A stretch of 64,000 nucleotides of DNA from an uncultured Gammaproteobacteria bacterium (GCA_964354025.1 CAYGXQ010000003.1:16888-80887), one strand, 5' to 3'; shown: positions 27,845 through 38,304, counted from the first letter of the stretch. Translations and numbers: made by a program. Notes: generated by a model not told the origin, from the sequence alone.

Positions 27845-27860
27845 CTGCCTGCGCAGGCAG
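27845..27860. promoter_or_regulatory. Perfect 16-nt palindrome CTGCCTGCGCAGGCAG between guaB and guaA
   Basis: Seen in sequence; could be a hairpin attenuator/terminator or a protein site. Confidence 0.3.
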
Positions 27861-27873
27861 GCTTAAGTCACTT

Positions 27874-29391
27874 ATGATTCTAATTGTTGATTTCGGTTCC
27901 CAAACTTGCCATTTGATCGGCCGCCGTCTTCGGGAACTGGGTGTCGAGTTTGAGATTGTTTCCCCCGAAGATATTCTTTTTAACATCGAAGACTACAAAC
28001 CCAAAGGCTTGATCCTGTCAGGCGGGCCGTCTTCGGTTTACGCCAAGGGAGCTTTACTGATTGATAAAAAAATCTTCGATAAAAATCTTGCGGTTTTGGG
28101 CATCTGTTACGGCCTTCAGGTGATGACACATCTTTTAGGCGGCCAGGTTCATCCGGGCAAAAAAAAGGAATACGGATCAACGGAATTCCATGTTACTAAG
28201 CCAAATATATTATTCACCGGATTGCCGGCTACTTTTCCGGTTTGGATGAGTCATTTTGACGAAGCGGTCAAACCGCCGGTTGGGGCCATCGTTACCGGTT
28301 CGACACGTTCCGTCAAGGTAGCCGCTTTTGCCGACGAAAAGAAAAAATTATACGGGATTCAGTTCCATCCGGAAGTCTATCATACGCCATTGGGGATGGA
28401 TATTCTGGCCAATTTTGTGTTTAAAGTATGCGGAGAGAAACCGGTAAAAAAAGTGACGGATGCGGAAATCATGATTGCCAATATCAAAAAGATCATCGGC
28501 TCTGAAAAAGCGGTTTGCGCCCTTTCCGGCGGGATTGACTCAAGCGTGGCGGCGGTTTTGACCCACCGGGCCATCGGGGATAACCTGACCTGTTTTTATG
28601 TTGACACCGGACTGATGCGCCAGGGAGAAACTGAAGCGGTTGTCAAAACTTACCAGAATTATTTTCAGCTGAATCTGAAAGTTTTGCATGCCGAAGATAT
28701 TTTTCTGAAAAATTTAAAAGGGATTGTCGATCCGGAGAAAAAAAGGAAAGTTATAGGGGAGACTTTTATCCGGCTTTTTGAAAAAGAAGCAAAAAAAATT
28801 AAAACCCGGTTTTTAGTCCAGGGAACGATTTATCCCGATGTCATTGAAAGCCAGGGCAGTAAACATTCCGCGAGAATTAAGACCCATCACAACGTCGGCG
28901 GTTTGCCGGAAAAGCACGGTTTTAAAATCGTGGAACCGCTCTGGATGCTTTACAAAGACGAAGTCCGGGAAATTGCCAGAAAATTGAATTTCCCCCCGGA
29001 GGTCGTCAACCGCCATGTTTTTCCCGGTCCGGGTTTGGCCGTGCGGACTATCGGCGAAGTCACCAAGGAAAAACTGGATATTTTGCGAAGAGCGGACGCG
29101 ATTGTCATTGACGAAATCAGAAAAGCCGGACTATATGATCAAATTTGGATGGCTTTTGCCATCTTCACCGGAGTTAAGTCAACCGGCGTCACAGGCGACG
29201 AGCGGAAATACGGGGAGACGATTGCTCTGCGGGTAATCGAATCCAAAGATACGATGACCGCCGATTGGGTGAGACTGCCTTACGATCTTTTGGAAAAGAT
29301 AGCCAACCGGATCGTCAGTGAAGTCTTTGAAGTTGTCCGGGTCGTCTACGACATCACCACCAAACCGCCGGCCACGATGGAGTGGGAGTAA
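27874..29391 (+). CDS. guaA: GMP synthase (glutamine-hydrolysing)
   Basis: GATase1 (GICYGLQ) plus ATP-pyrophosphatase SGGIDSSV and C-terminal dimerisation domain. Confidence 0.9.
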   Translation: MILIVDFGSQTCHLIGRRLRELGVEFEIVSPEDILFNIEDYKPKGLILSGGPSSVYAKGALLIDKKIFDKNLAVLGICYGLQVMTHLLGGQVHPGKKKEYGSTEFHVTKPNILFTGLPATFPVWMSHFDEAVKPPVGAIVTGSTRSVKVAAFADEKKKLYGIQFHPEVYHTPLGMDILANFVFKVCGEKPVKKVTDAEIMIANIKKIIGSEKAVCALSGGIDSSVAAVLTHRAIGDNLTCFYVDTGLMRQGETEAVVKTYQNYFQLNLKVLHAEDIFLKNLKGIVDPEKKRKVIGETFIRLFEKEAKKIKTRFLVQGTIYPDVIESQGSKHSARIKTHHNVGGLPEKHGFKIVEPLWMLYKDEVREIARKLNFPPEVVNRHVFPGPGLAVRTIGEVTKEKLDILRRADAIVIDEIRKAGLYDQIWMAFAIFTGVKSTGVTGDERKYGETIALRVIESKDTMTADWVRLPYDLLEKIANRIVSEVFEVVRVVYDITTKPPATMEWE

Positions 29392-29435
29392 ACCCCTTTG
29401 CAAAATAAAAATTATTTGTTATATTAAAAACAATA

Positions 29436-29917
29436 TGGATGAAGAAGAAAAAGAAAAAAAGGAAGAAAAGGCGGAACATAAACCGGAAAATAATAGCAAA
29501 TATCTGCTGATTGCCGGAGCAGTTGTCCTGGTGATTGCCCTTTGGATGGGTTTTAAGATGATTACCGGCATGGGCGTCCAATACCTGGCGACTGTGGTTG
29601 ACGGGCCGAAAGAAGTGGCCGCCGGCAGTATCACCACTTTTACTTGGCGGGTGGACGGAAGGCCGACCACCATCAATATGACGACTGTTTATATGGGAAC
29701 AACCTCCACTCCCGGTACTTTAGAGACGACAGTCAAACCGGAAGAGACGACCTATACGCAGTTCGTTGGGGATTTTGCCAGCGGCAAATACGCCGTTCCT
29801 CTGCAGTTTGTCGGCAACATCAAGATGGATACTCCCGGCACTTATTATTACCGCGTTTATGCTCCGGTCGGTGAGAAAAACTACTGGTCAGACGAATATT
29901 CTTTTGAAGTGAAGTGA
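29436..29917 (+). CDS. Hypothetical membrane-anchored protein (acidic N-terminus, TM, beta-rich ectodomain); ATG at 29436 preferred over the track start 29318, which overlaps guaA
   Basis: ORF with TM. Confidence 0.45.
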
Positions 29918-29931
29918 AGCAAAAAGCTTCA

Positions 29932-30354
29932 TTATGGTTTCGGAGTTGGCGAAACACTGACGACACCCCATTCCTTGCAGATTTGCCATTGAAGAGATTT
30001 GACTTGGGACTGCGTCAGGTCTGAGATTTCTTTTTCCACGGTTTTGATAACTTCACTTTTGACTTCTGTCACTTTCTCAGAAACTGTTTCTTTAGTATTT
30101 TGGATCGTGTTTTGGACAGTATTTTTGACCGTGTTTTTGACGGTATTTTCGACGAAATCTTCCAGGAAAGAAGTCGGTGTAGACGGTTGACTTTCCTGTT
30201 CTCCCAAAACGCTTTTTTCCGAATCGCTTTTGACCAGATTTTTGGGAAAGCCTTTTAAAAGTCCGGTGGTAAAAACAAAACCCAGCACCATGAGAGAAAT
30301 GATAGTCAATCCCAAAAGAATTTTCGGCGCTTTGTCTTTTATTTTGTCATTCAT
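29932..30354 (-). CDS. Hypothetical membrane-anchored protein with NTVKNTVQNT repeats
   Basis: ORF; DNA tandem repeats. Confidence 0.4.
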   Translation of the reverse strand: MNDKIKDKAPKILLGLTIISLMVLGFVFTTGLLKGFPKNLVKSDSEKSVLGEQESQPSTPTSFLEDFVENTVKNTVKNTVQNTIQNTKETVSEKVTEVKSEVIKTVEKEISDLTQSQVKSLQWQICKEWGVVSVSPTPKP

Positions 30355-30364
30355 GACAACTTAA

Positions 30365-31108
30365 TCATAACACATGGCGCTTAAGGTATTGGAGAGCCTG
30401 ATTGATAACCGGACGGTTTCTATATTTCTTGACGAGAACCAGTAATTCTTTTTCATTTTTATGTTTCAATTTATTAACTTCGGCAATAAGGAGCGGAAGG
30501 CAACGGATGATGTTGTCCACGATAGTGACGGTGGCCTTTTGCGCAGTGCGGGAAAGAGGATTGAGATCGACCGTGATGACTTTTTTGCCCAACTTGATAA
30601 GCTGTTCCGTCCGGTCGCCATCCTCAAGCGGGACAAAAATGACATCAGCTGTTTTTTGGCCGGCCTGACTGATGTATTTTCGGTTGCTGGTTACATTCGG
30701 AATGACAGTTTTTTCTGCGACAAGGACTTCCCCGGCACCGTATTTTTTGAGATGGGTAACAATGGTTCTTTCCCGTTTTCGGGAAGGGTGGAAAAGATTA
30801 ACTTCTAATTTGGCGTTTGTGATTTTTGCCAGTTTGATCAATTCTTTGGGGACTAAAGCGGCGGTATTGCCATTGACGGAAATGACCGGCTCTCGGCAAA
30901 GGAGGAACATAGTCGCGGCCGCCTCAATCGCTTTTTGGGCGAAGGCATGAGTTTTTTCACCGAGGAGATAATCAAAAGCCTCGCCCCGGCCATGAGCTGT
31001 CAATCCTTGTAGCGAAGTAATGCCGTTTTTCACTCCTTTTACCAAAAGGTCACGGTAATGGAGGGAATGATAGCGGGGATGGGACTTGGAAAGAATATAT
31101 TTTGTCAT
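30365..31108 (-). CDS. COG1701/DUF137-like protein: candidate archaeal-type phosphopantothenate synthetase
   Basis: Size (~250 aa), GRGEAFDYL-type motif recalled from this family, and adjacency to a GHMP kinase as in archaeal PoK-PPS pairs. Confidence 0.4.
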   Translation of the reverse strand: MTKYILSKSHPRYHSLHYRDLLVKGVKNGITSLQGLTAHGRGEAFDYLLGEKTHAFAQKAIEAAATMFLLCREPVISVNGNTAALVPKELIKLAKITNAKLEVNLFHPSRKRERTIVTHLKKYGAGEVLVAEKTVIPNVTSNRKYISQAGQKTADVIFVPLEDGDRTEQLIKLGKKVITVDLNPLSRTAQKATVTIVDNIIRCLPLLIAEVNKLKHKNEKELLVLVKKYRNRPVINQALQYLKRHVL

Positions 31109-31127
31109 AATATTATGATTTAAATTA

Positions 31128-31219
31128 TCATTGCGAGTACTTCGATATCATTGCGAGCGGAGCGAAGCAATCCCGTCCGAGATTGCCACGGCTCGTTGAC
31201 CGGCGAGCCTCGCAATGAC
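31128..31219. repeat. MITE/REP-like palindromic element family 1, copy A (TIR GTCATTGCGAG...CTCGCAATGAC; left arm partly duplicated)
   Basis: Core GCGAAGCAATCCCGTCCGAGATTGCCACGGC shared with copies B and C. Confidence 0.75.
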
Positions 31220-32054
31220 AGATACTCATGTTGGTCCTATCAGTAATTATTAACGTCTCCTGTCTGTATCGGTTATCGTTTTCAACCGGTCTATCACTGA
31301 TAACCACTTGTCCGAGCATGGAGATGGTCGCGTGGCCGCCGGCTTTTTTTATCCTGGCAATCAGTGAAGCTGCGGTTTTATTTTCCAACAATCCGCTTTT
31401 TTTAGCAAAGTCCAAAGAAAGATCTAAAACTTCGGCCAGAGTTAAATTATCACTGTGTTTGGTCTTTTCCAATGCCTCCTGGGCGGCTTGATTGATGAAA
31501 GACAGCCGTTTGGCATTCTTCAATATTTTTGGGGTGGCAAGACCTTTGACGACAGTCGCGTATAATTTTTTTCCAACAAAAGGGAAACGAACCGCGACTG
31601 TTGGCAAACCGGGTTTGCTTTTCAAAAGAAAACCGCCGGTGACGGCGGTGGCGACGCTGCCGAGTCCGGTTTTATTAGTAATTTCCGCGATGTGGGCAAT
31701 TTCTGCTAATTCTTCTTTTGTTTTATTCAGTTTTAACAGTTTGTTGATGGCGCAGGCGGTTGAGAGAGTTGAAGCGGCACTGATACCAAAGCCAAAACCG
31801 AGCGGCAAGTCTGATTTTATTTTTATTAATAACGGTTTATCAGTTAAAGCTTTTACTATTGATAAAACAGTCGGGAAGGAGATAGGTTGTCCATTAACAA
31901 AGATCTGCGTCCGCTTGTTTTGACTGACTATAGCAGTAACTTTTTTATCGATGGCACAACCGATGCCGATTGAGCCGGCTTTAACAGGATCTTTATGGGG
32001 GCAAGCTTTAAAGATAAAGCTGAGAGTAGCCGGATAAGAAGCAGATGCTTTCAT
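31128..32054 (-). CDS. GHMP-family kinase, candidate archaeal-type pantoate kinase; C-terminus runs into a repeat element
   Basis: GHMP motif PLGFGFGISAAS; the last ~45 codons overlap repeat copy A (31128-31219). Confidence 0.5.
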   Translation of the reverse strand: MKASASYPATLSFIFKACPHKDPVKAGSIGIGCAIDKKVTAIVSQNKRTQIFVNGQPISFPTVLSIVKALTDKPLLIKIKSDLPLGFGFGISAASTLSTACAINKLLKLNKTKEELAEIAHIAEITNKTGLGSVATAVTGGFLLKSKPGLPTVAVRFPFVGKKLYATVVKGLATPKILKNAKRLSFINQAAQEALEKTKHSDNLTLAEVLDLSLDFAKKSGLLENKTAASLIARIKKAGGHATISMLGQVVISDRPVENDNRYRQETLIITDRTNMSICHCEARRSTSRGNLGRDCFAPLAMISKYSQ

Positions 32055-32159
32055 AATAACTGGAGTTACGCAATAAATAATAGTTTAGATTGTCATTGCG
32101 AGCAAAGCGAAGCAATCCCGTCCGAGATTGCCACGGCTACTTCGTAGCCTCGCAATGAC
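32052..32159. repeat. MITE/REP-like element family 1, copy B (extended left flank GGAGTTACG...TTTAGATT shared with copy C)
   Basis: Seen in sequence; sits in the divergent promoter region between 31128..32054 and 32236..33504. Confidence 0.75.
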
Positions 32160-32235
32160 ATTAAATTACGTAAGTCCTGTACTAAGTAAGTCGCTATTAT
32201 AGTTTTTCTCCTTCTTATAGTAAAATCGGGGGGAG

Positions 32236-33504
32236 ATGAAGATGAAGAAATATTTCCCTTTATTTTTTCTGGTAGCCCTATTCTTATTCGTCAGGTTATA
32301 TCATTTTACGGATAACCTGAACTTCGGTACCGATCAGGGAATGGGGATGCTTGATATATATAATCTTTACCAGCAGAAAAAAATCACCCTTATTTCCCAG
32401 ACCTCGTCCTTGACAGTTCACGGCCGGTATTTTTATTTCGGGCCGGCACTTTATTATATCTTCATGCCGTTTCTGATCCTGTTTAAATGGGATCCGGTTT
32501 CTGTTTCAATGATGATGGTATTTTTCAATCTGTTGCCCTTTGTATTGTTATATCAGGCAATCAGGAAAAAATTCTGCAGTGTTCTTCCGGCTATTATATT
32601 TTCAGTTATCTTCGCGGTGACGCCGGTAATTATAAATTATTCACGCTTTTTCTGGCCACCGAATCTCCTGATTCCCTTATCCGGTCTGGTGCTTTATTTT
32701 CTCTTAAAAATTAACCGGAAGGAAAAAAATTATTTATTAATTCTATTAATTGGATTATTTATCGGCCTCGGTTTCCAAGTTCATTACTCTTTTATCTTGA
32801 CAGGGATAGTTGCTTTTATCTGGTTAACCGTAGAAAAACAAATCAGTTGGTTTAAACTGTTATTATTGACTGTCGGCTTTATTATCGGCATTTCCCCCCT
32901 AATTGTTTTTGAGCTGCGCCATAATTTCTATAACCTGCAAACTCTCTGGTTTTATTTCACTACAGAAAGCAGTCAGCGTAGCGTCCCCGTTTTCCAACCT
33001 CACCTGCATTATTTCCTTAATATTCTTCCCTTCTTCTTCTTTGTTATTTGTTATATGTTATATGTTTTATGTAATAAAAACAGGTATCCGGTTTATCTAT
33101 TATTAATCGCCTATACAGTCTGGTCGACACAGTTTTTTTTACCAAAACCTACCCACGGTTTCATGATGGTTGACGGTTGGAACTTCGCCGGAGAGAAAAA
33201 GGCGGCCGAAATTATTCTTTCCGAAAAACCAGCCAAAAATTATAACGTGGTGGATATTTTAACCGGCGATACCCGCTCAATGGCCATCCGTTATCTTTTG
33301 ACGATCGGCGGCTCTGCGCCGATAGGCGTGACGGAATATCCTTCGGGAAATGTTTTGTTTATCACCTCAAAACTGCCGATCGGGCAGATTCTGGCAGGCA
33401 GTCTTTGGGAAATAGATTGCATTAAGCCGGTAAAAGTAGTTAAAACCTGGGAGATAAAAAACGGGATTTATTTATATCAGGTGGAGAAAGCGAAAAAAAT
33501 ATGA
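32236..33504 (+). CDS. GT-C fold glycosyltransferase (ArnT/PMT, GT39/83-like) polytopic membrane protein
   Basis: ~11 predicted TM helices and N-terminal architecture typical of the family. Confidence 0.45.
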   Translation: MKMKKYFPLFFLVALFLFVRLYHFTDNLNFGTDQGMGMLDIYNLYQQKKITLISQTSSLTVHGRYFYFGPALYYIFMPFLILFKWDPVSVSMMMVFFNLLPFVLLYQAIRKKFCSVLPAIIFSVIFAVTPVIINYSRFFWPPNLLIPLSGLVLYFLLKINRKEKNYLLILLIGLFIGLGFQVHYSFILTGIVAFIWLTVEKQISWFKLLLLTVGFIIGISPLIVFELRHNFYNLQTLWFYFTTESSQRSVPVFQPHLHYFLNILPFFFFVICYMLYVLCNKNRYPVYLLLIAYTVWSTQFFLPKPTHGFMMVDGWNFAGEKKAAEIILSEKPAKNYNVVDILTGDTRSMAIRYLLTIGGSAPIGVTEYPSGNVLFITSKLPIGQILAGSLWEIDCIKPVKVVKTWEIKNGIYLYQVEKAKKI

Positions 33505-35297
33505 CTGATGTTGAACTGGTGAAATCAAAGATAGATATAGTTTCTTTCCTTTCGGATTACATTACACTCAAAAAAGCCGGCCGGAACTTCAAGGCCCTTT
33601 GCCCGTTTCACAGCGAAAAGACGCCTTCTTTCGTCGTTTCGCCCGAACGGCAGTCGTGGCATTGTTTCGGCGGCTGCGGCGAAGGCGGCGACGCCATCTC
33701 TTTTTTGGAAAAATGGGAAAACCTGGAATTTCTGGAGGCACTCCGGATTTTGGCCAAAAAAGTCGGGGTGACCCTGTCCAACTACATACCTTCTTCGCAA
33801 ACGCAACTGAAAGACCGGCTCATTGAAGCCAATCATCTGGCCAGCGAGTTTTACCATTATTTATTGGTCAACCACAAAGTGGGCAAAAGAGCCAGAGAAT
33901 ATCTGGAAAGCCGCCACATCAAAAACGAGACGATTAAAACCTTCATGCTCGGTTACGCGCCGGAAAGTTGGGACAGTCTGCTTAAATACTTATTGAAAAA
34001 AGGCTATCAGACAGGAGAAATTCATCAAGCCGGACTGGCGGTCAAATCAGACCGTGGCCGGTATTACGACCGTTTCCGGGGGAGACTGATGTTTACCCTT
34101 TGTGACCATCGTGGCAACGTCATCGGTTTCTCCGGCAGACTTTTAAATGAAGAAGTTTACCCCGAGCGTGAGCGAGGAGCAAAATACGTCAATACAGCTG
34201 AAACGCCGGTCTATATCAAAGGCAATACCCTTTACGGTCTTCATATCACCAAGGAAGCAGTCAAAAAAGAAAAGGAAGCGGTTTTAGTTGAGGGCGAATT
34301 TGACATGCTTTCCTCATTCCAAGCCGGCAGAGCCAATGTCTGCGCCATCAAAGGTTCGGCCCTGACTGAAGGGCAGCTTTTGCTTCTTAAGCGCTACACG
34401 GAAAATCTGATTTTGGCTCTCGACAGCGATTTCGCCGGTAGTGAAGCGGCCAAACGCGGGATAGAGGCGGCTGATCTGGCCGGATTTACTTTGAAAGTGG
34501 CGAAACTGCCATACGGGAAGGACCCGGCGGATTGTATCGAAAAAGATCCGCATCTGTGGAAACAAGCCCTGAAAGGTGCCGTCCCCATTTATGACTTTAT
34601 CATCCAAAATGCCCTGGAAAAGTATGACCGCGGTGAAGTTTTCGGCAAGAAAAAAATCGGCAGCGAAGTCATCCCGTTTTTGGCAAAAATCACCAACCCG
34701 ATTATCATTTCCCATTACACCAAGAAGCTGGCCAAAGAACTGGAAGTGACCGAGGAATCAATTGAAACTTCCATCCGGCAGTTTGCCAAAGAGAAAAAAA
34801 TGCCGGCGGTTGCCGTTTCCGCGAAAGTCCAATTGCCCCGCAACATCATGCTGGAAGAATACCTGCTTTCCCTGATTATCCAAAGCAAAGAGCCGCAAAA
34901 GACGTTTGACGAGTCAGCCAAAATTTTATCCACTGATGATTTTGCCAGCCCGGCCGTAGCCGCCATTTTCCACGAGCTTGAAAAATATTTCAAGAAACAT
35001 GAACAGTTTAACATAAAGATTTTCGGTAAAAGCCTACCTCCCGAGCTGGTTTTGACTTTTGATAAAGCCTATTTGGTGGATATAAACCAGGTCCTGTCTG
35101 ACGATAAGCATTTTCAGAAAGAATTGTCATATACCGCCAAAAATATCAAGGTAATTGGCCTTCGAAGGAGAATCAATGACCTTTCGACTAAAATAAAACA
35201 ATTGGGAAAAGAAGAAGAGCAGGAAGAAACGGGGAAATTACAGGAAATTCAAAGGCAATTGATAAAGGAAATAGATGAGCTTGATAAATCAAGCTGA
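33501..35297 (+). CDS. dnaG: DNA primase
   Basis: CHC2 zinc finger CPFHSEKTPSF...CFGCG; TOPRIM EGEFDMLS; followed by rpoD. Confidence 0.9.
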   Translation: MTDVELVKSKIDIVSFLSDYITLKKAGRNFKALCPFHSEKTPSFVVSPERQSWHCFGGCGEGGDAISFLEKWENLEFLEALRILAKKVGVTLSNYIPSSQTQLKDRLIEANHLASEFYHYLLVNHKVGKRAREYLESRHIKNETIKTFMLGYAPESWDSLLKYLLKKGYQTGEIHQAGLAVKSDRGRYYDRFRGRLMFTLCDHRGNVIGFSGRLLNEEVYPERERGAKYVNTAETPVYIKGNTLYGLHITKEAVKKEKEAVLVEGEFDMLSSFQAGRANVCAIKGSALTEGQLLLLKRYTENLILALDSDFAGSEAAKRGIEAADLAGFTLKVAKLPYGKDPADCIEKDPHLWKQALKGAVPIYDFIIQNALEKYDRGEVFGKKKIGSEVIPFLAKITNPIIISHYTKKLAKELEVTEESIETSIRQFAKEKKMPAVAVSAKVQLPRNIMLEEYLLSLIIQSKEPQKTFDESAKILSTDDFASPAVAAIFHELEKYFKKHEQFNIKIFGKSLPPELVLTFDKAYLVDINQVLSDDKHFQKELSYTAKNIKVIGLRRRINDLSTKIKQLGKEEEQEETGKLQEIQRQLIKEIDELDKSS

Positions 35298-35316
35298 TTT
35301 AAGATAAAATTGTTTT

Positions 35317-36414
35317 ATGACAAAAGCCAAAAGTACTATTTCTGATTCAGTGAAAGCCCTGATCAAAGAAGGCCGGGAAAACGGTTTTATCACCCAGGAT
35401 GAGATTTTGGTCATTTTCCCCAAACCCGAAGACCATCTTATTGAGCTGGATGAGCTTTACGCCCAACTTATCAAGGCCCAGATCGACGTTTTCGAGACTC
35501 TTTCCGATGAAGAAGAAAAAGAAGCCCAAAAAACCGTGACCGAGCTTGAGAAAGAACTGGAATCGTTGACGGTCATGCACGAAGGCGGGATTTCCGACCC
35601 CGTTAGGATGTATCTTAAAGAAATCGGCCGGACGCCGCTTCTGAAGTTTGCCGACGAGATCGATTTGGCCAAGCGTTACGAAAAAGGGGAAAGGGCCGCC
35701 AAACAAAAATTGATTGAATCCAACCTGCGGTTAGTCGTCTCTATCGCCAAGAAATACATCGGCCGCGGCCTTTCTCTTCTTGATCTTATCCAGGAAGGCA
35801 ACCAGGGCTTGATCAGGGCAGTGGAAAAATATGACTGGCGCAAAGGCTATAAGTTTTCCACTTACGCCACCTGGTGGATAAGACAGGCGATCACCAGAGC
35901 CATTGCCGATCAGGCCAGGACAATCCGCATTCCGGTCCATATGGTTGAGACGATTAACCGCTATTTGAAAATCTCAAGAAAGCTGATGCAGGAATTGGGC
36001 CGGGAGCCGATGCCTGAAGAAGTGGCTCAAGCGATGGAGATCGAAGTGGAAAAAGTCCGCGAGATAATGAAAGTCTCCCAGGAGCCGACTTCCCTGGCCA
36101 CCCCGGTTGGCGATGACGAAGACTCGCTTTTGGGTGATTTTATCCAGGATACCACCCAGCCGTCACCTTATGACTCCGCCTCAAGGGAGCTTTTGAAAGA
36201 ACACATTAACGAAGTTCTTCATACGCTTTCAGATCGGGAAAAAAGAGTTCTGATTTTACGTTTCGGTTTGGAAGACGGCCGGCCGCGGACTTTAGAAGAA
36301 GTCGGGGTTGAGTTTGGCGTTACCCGTGAGCGGATCAGACAGATAGAGGCAAAGGCCTTGAGAAAACTTAGACACCCCAGTAGATCTAAGAAATTAAAAG
36401 ACTATCTTGAATAA
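35317..36414 (+). CDS. rpoD: RNA polymerase sigma factor RpoD (sigma-70)
   Basis: Region 2 [37 protein letters not shown] and region 4 HTH. Confidence 0.9.
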   Translation: MTKAKSTISDSVKALIKEGRENGFITQDEILVIFPKPEDHLIELDELYAQLIKAQIDVFETLSDEEEKEAQKTVTELEKELESLTVMHEGGISDPVRMYLKEIGRTPLLKFADEIDLAKRYEKGERAAKQKLIESNLRLVVSIAKKYIGRGLSLLDLIQEGNQGLIRAVEKYDWRKGYKFSTYATWWIRQAITRAIADQARTIRIPVHMVETINRYLKISRKLMQELGREPMPEEVAQAMEIEVEKVREIMKVSQEPTSLATPVGDDEDSLLGDFIQDTTQPSPYDSASRELLKEHINEVLHTLSDREKRVLILRFGLEDGRPRTLEEVGVEFGVTRERIRQIEAKALRKLRHPSRSKKLKDYLE

Positions 36415-36415
36415 T

Positions 36416-36531
36416 ACTGATAACAGGAGTTACGTGGTATAACCTCGTTTAGATTGTCATTGCGAGCCGAAGGCGAAGCAATCCCGTTCGAGATTGCCAC
36501 GGCCCCGATTAAATCGGGACCTCGCAATGAC
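36416..36531. repeat. MITE/REP-like element family 1, copy C, between convergent rpoD and uppP
   Basis: TIRs plus conserved core. Confidence 0.75.
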
Positions 36532-36555
36532 ATGGAGTTTTGATAGAGGTTCTAG

Positions 36556-37329
36556 TTAAAGAAAAGGCAAGAAAGCAATGGCCAGAATGATCCGGTAGAC
36601 GGCAAAATAGACAAAATTGTGGCCTTGGATGTATTTTAATAAGAACTTAACCGCCGCCAGGGCCGAGAAAAAAGCGCCGAGGAAGCCCACTCCCAACAAT
36701 AAATATTCATTTCCCTGAAATTGAAAACTGCTTTTAACCAAATCAAGACCGGTGGCCGCCAGCATGGTCGGGATGGCCAGAAGGAAAGAAAATTCCACCG
36801 CCGTTTTCCGCTCCAGCCCGACAGACATGCCGCCGAAAATGGTGGCGGCTGAGCGGGAGACGCCGGGGATCATGGAAATAGATTGGATGAGTCCGATCAA
36901 TCCGGCTTTTGGGTAATTCAGCTGGTCAATTTTGGTGACTTTATCTTTTTGCTGTTGGAAGATTTTTTCCAAAATTAACATCAAGATACCGCCTAAGAAA
37001 AGGGAGATGACCACGACGGTCAGATTTCCCAGCAGATATTTTTTGACGATTTTATAAAGCAAAAAACCAAAGATGCCGGTGGGAATGAAAGCGACCAGAA
37101 TTTTTTTCCAAAGATGGAAGTTTTTTTTGAGAGTGGGGAAATAAAGAAAGACAACTGCCAGGATGGCGCCAAACTGGATAATAATCTCAAAACTTTTGAC
37201 AAACTCCGTCTGTGGGATGTTGAGAAGTTTGCCGGCCAAAATCATGTGTCCGGTTGATGAAATCGGCAGAAATTCAGTAATGCCTTCAACTAGAGATAAA
37301 ATGAGCGCTTGAAAGATATTCATTGTCAA
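36556..37329 (-). CDS. uppP: Undecaprenyl-diphosphatase
   Basis: MNIFQALILSLVEGITEFLPISSTGHMIL BacA signature. Confidence 0.9.
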   Translation of the reverse strand: MTMNIFQALILSLVEGITEFLPISSTGHMILAGKLLNIPQTEFVKSFEIIIQFGAILAVVFLYFPTLKKNFHLWKKILVAFIPTGIFGFLLYKIVKKYLLGNLTVVVISLFLGGILMLILEKIFQQQKDKVTKIDQLNYPKAGLIGLIQSISMIPGVSRSAATIFGGMSVGLERKTAVEFSFLLAIPTMLAATGLDLVKSSFQFQGNEYLLLGVGFLGAFFSALAAVKFLLKYIQGHNFVYFAVYRIILAIAFLPFL

Positions 37330-38078
37330 TTAGTTTTGAGGCTGGCAACCATCGTGTCCAATGTGGTAAGCGTTTCGGCGGCAGTTACCAGCGGATTGTC
37401 AGAGTAGGGTACTTCATACATGATAAAACCGTAAGTGGTCGGCTCCAGCCAATTGGTTTCTCTTTTTTGGCAAACCGCAAAGAAATTTTTTCCGGCAGAA
37501 GGGTTGGCCGTGATATCCACCCGTCGGTATATTTGACCAAAGTTTCCCTTAAACTCCGTGTAGGAATCGTAGGTAAACTCGGATATGTCAGGGAACATTT
37601 CCGAAGGCGAAAGGGGCGCGTCTTTGAAACCGCAGGGTTTTCCTTCGGTAGCCAGGTTTGTTCTGATGATTAAAGCGGAGTCGCTGCTTTCGATAGTGTT
37701 TACCGTCGTATAATTCTCTTTTTCCGTTTTCAGCTGCCAACCCGGCGGCGCCTGCAAAGAGAAGCTTAAGTCTTCGACTTTGATGTTGAAGGTTTGTTTT
37801 TGGGGCAAGCTTTCCTGTTTGACGCTTTCAGTTGGTTTGACGGTTGGCTGTAAAACGATTGTTGCGGCAATTTCCTGAGTTGGGATTGGAGTTTCTTTCT
37901 GAAGAGGAGCAGGTGTAATCGGTAATAAATCAGTTTTTGCGACAGAAAGACGGCCGAGGTAAAAACCGGCTCCGGTAAAAACAGAAACAATCAGAATCGC
38001 CAAAAATATTTTTCCTAATAAATTAAACAGTCTGTTATTTGGATTTATCGGTTTTTCCGCTTTTGGCTGGTTATCCAT
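37326..38078 (-). CDS. Hypothetical membrane-anchored extracytoplasmic protein
   Basis: ATGA overlap with uppP; N-terminal TM. Confidence 0.4.
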   Translation of the reverse strand: MDNQPKAEKPINPNNRLFNLLGKIFLAILIVSVFTGAGFYLGRLSVAKTDLLPITPAPLQKETPIPTQEIAATIVLQPTVKPTESVKQESLPQKQTFNIKVEDLSFSLQAPPGWQLKTEKENYTTVNTIESSDSALIIRTNLATEGKPCGFKDAPLSPSEMFPDISEFTYDSYTEFKGNFGQIYRRVDITANPSAGKNFFAVCQKRETNWLEPTTYGFIMYEVPYSDNPLVTAAETLTTLDTMVASLKTN

Positions 38079-38304
38079 GTTATTTCCATAATAGATGAAA
38101 TAAACAGCGGCTGTAAATAGGGGATTACAACTTTATATTCTAGATTTCGTTTAGCACCTCAAATCCTTTATAACTTCCGGTAATGGCCAGACCAATAATT
38201 TTTATGATCCACTTGCCGGTGGCGGTTTTCATGTCGTGCATAGTACACAGTACACAATGTACTATGCACTAATGTCAAGAAAATAAGACTATGTATATAT
38301 TTTC

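Noticed and set aside
29318-29435. Upstream extension of the 29436..29917 gene proposed by the ORF track
   Set aside because: Would overlap the 3' end of guaA by 74 nt in another frame. The ATG at 29436 precedes an acidic N-terminus and TM typical of neighbours.
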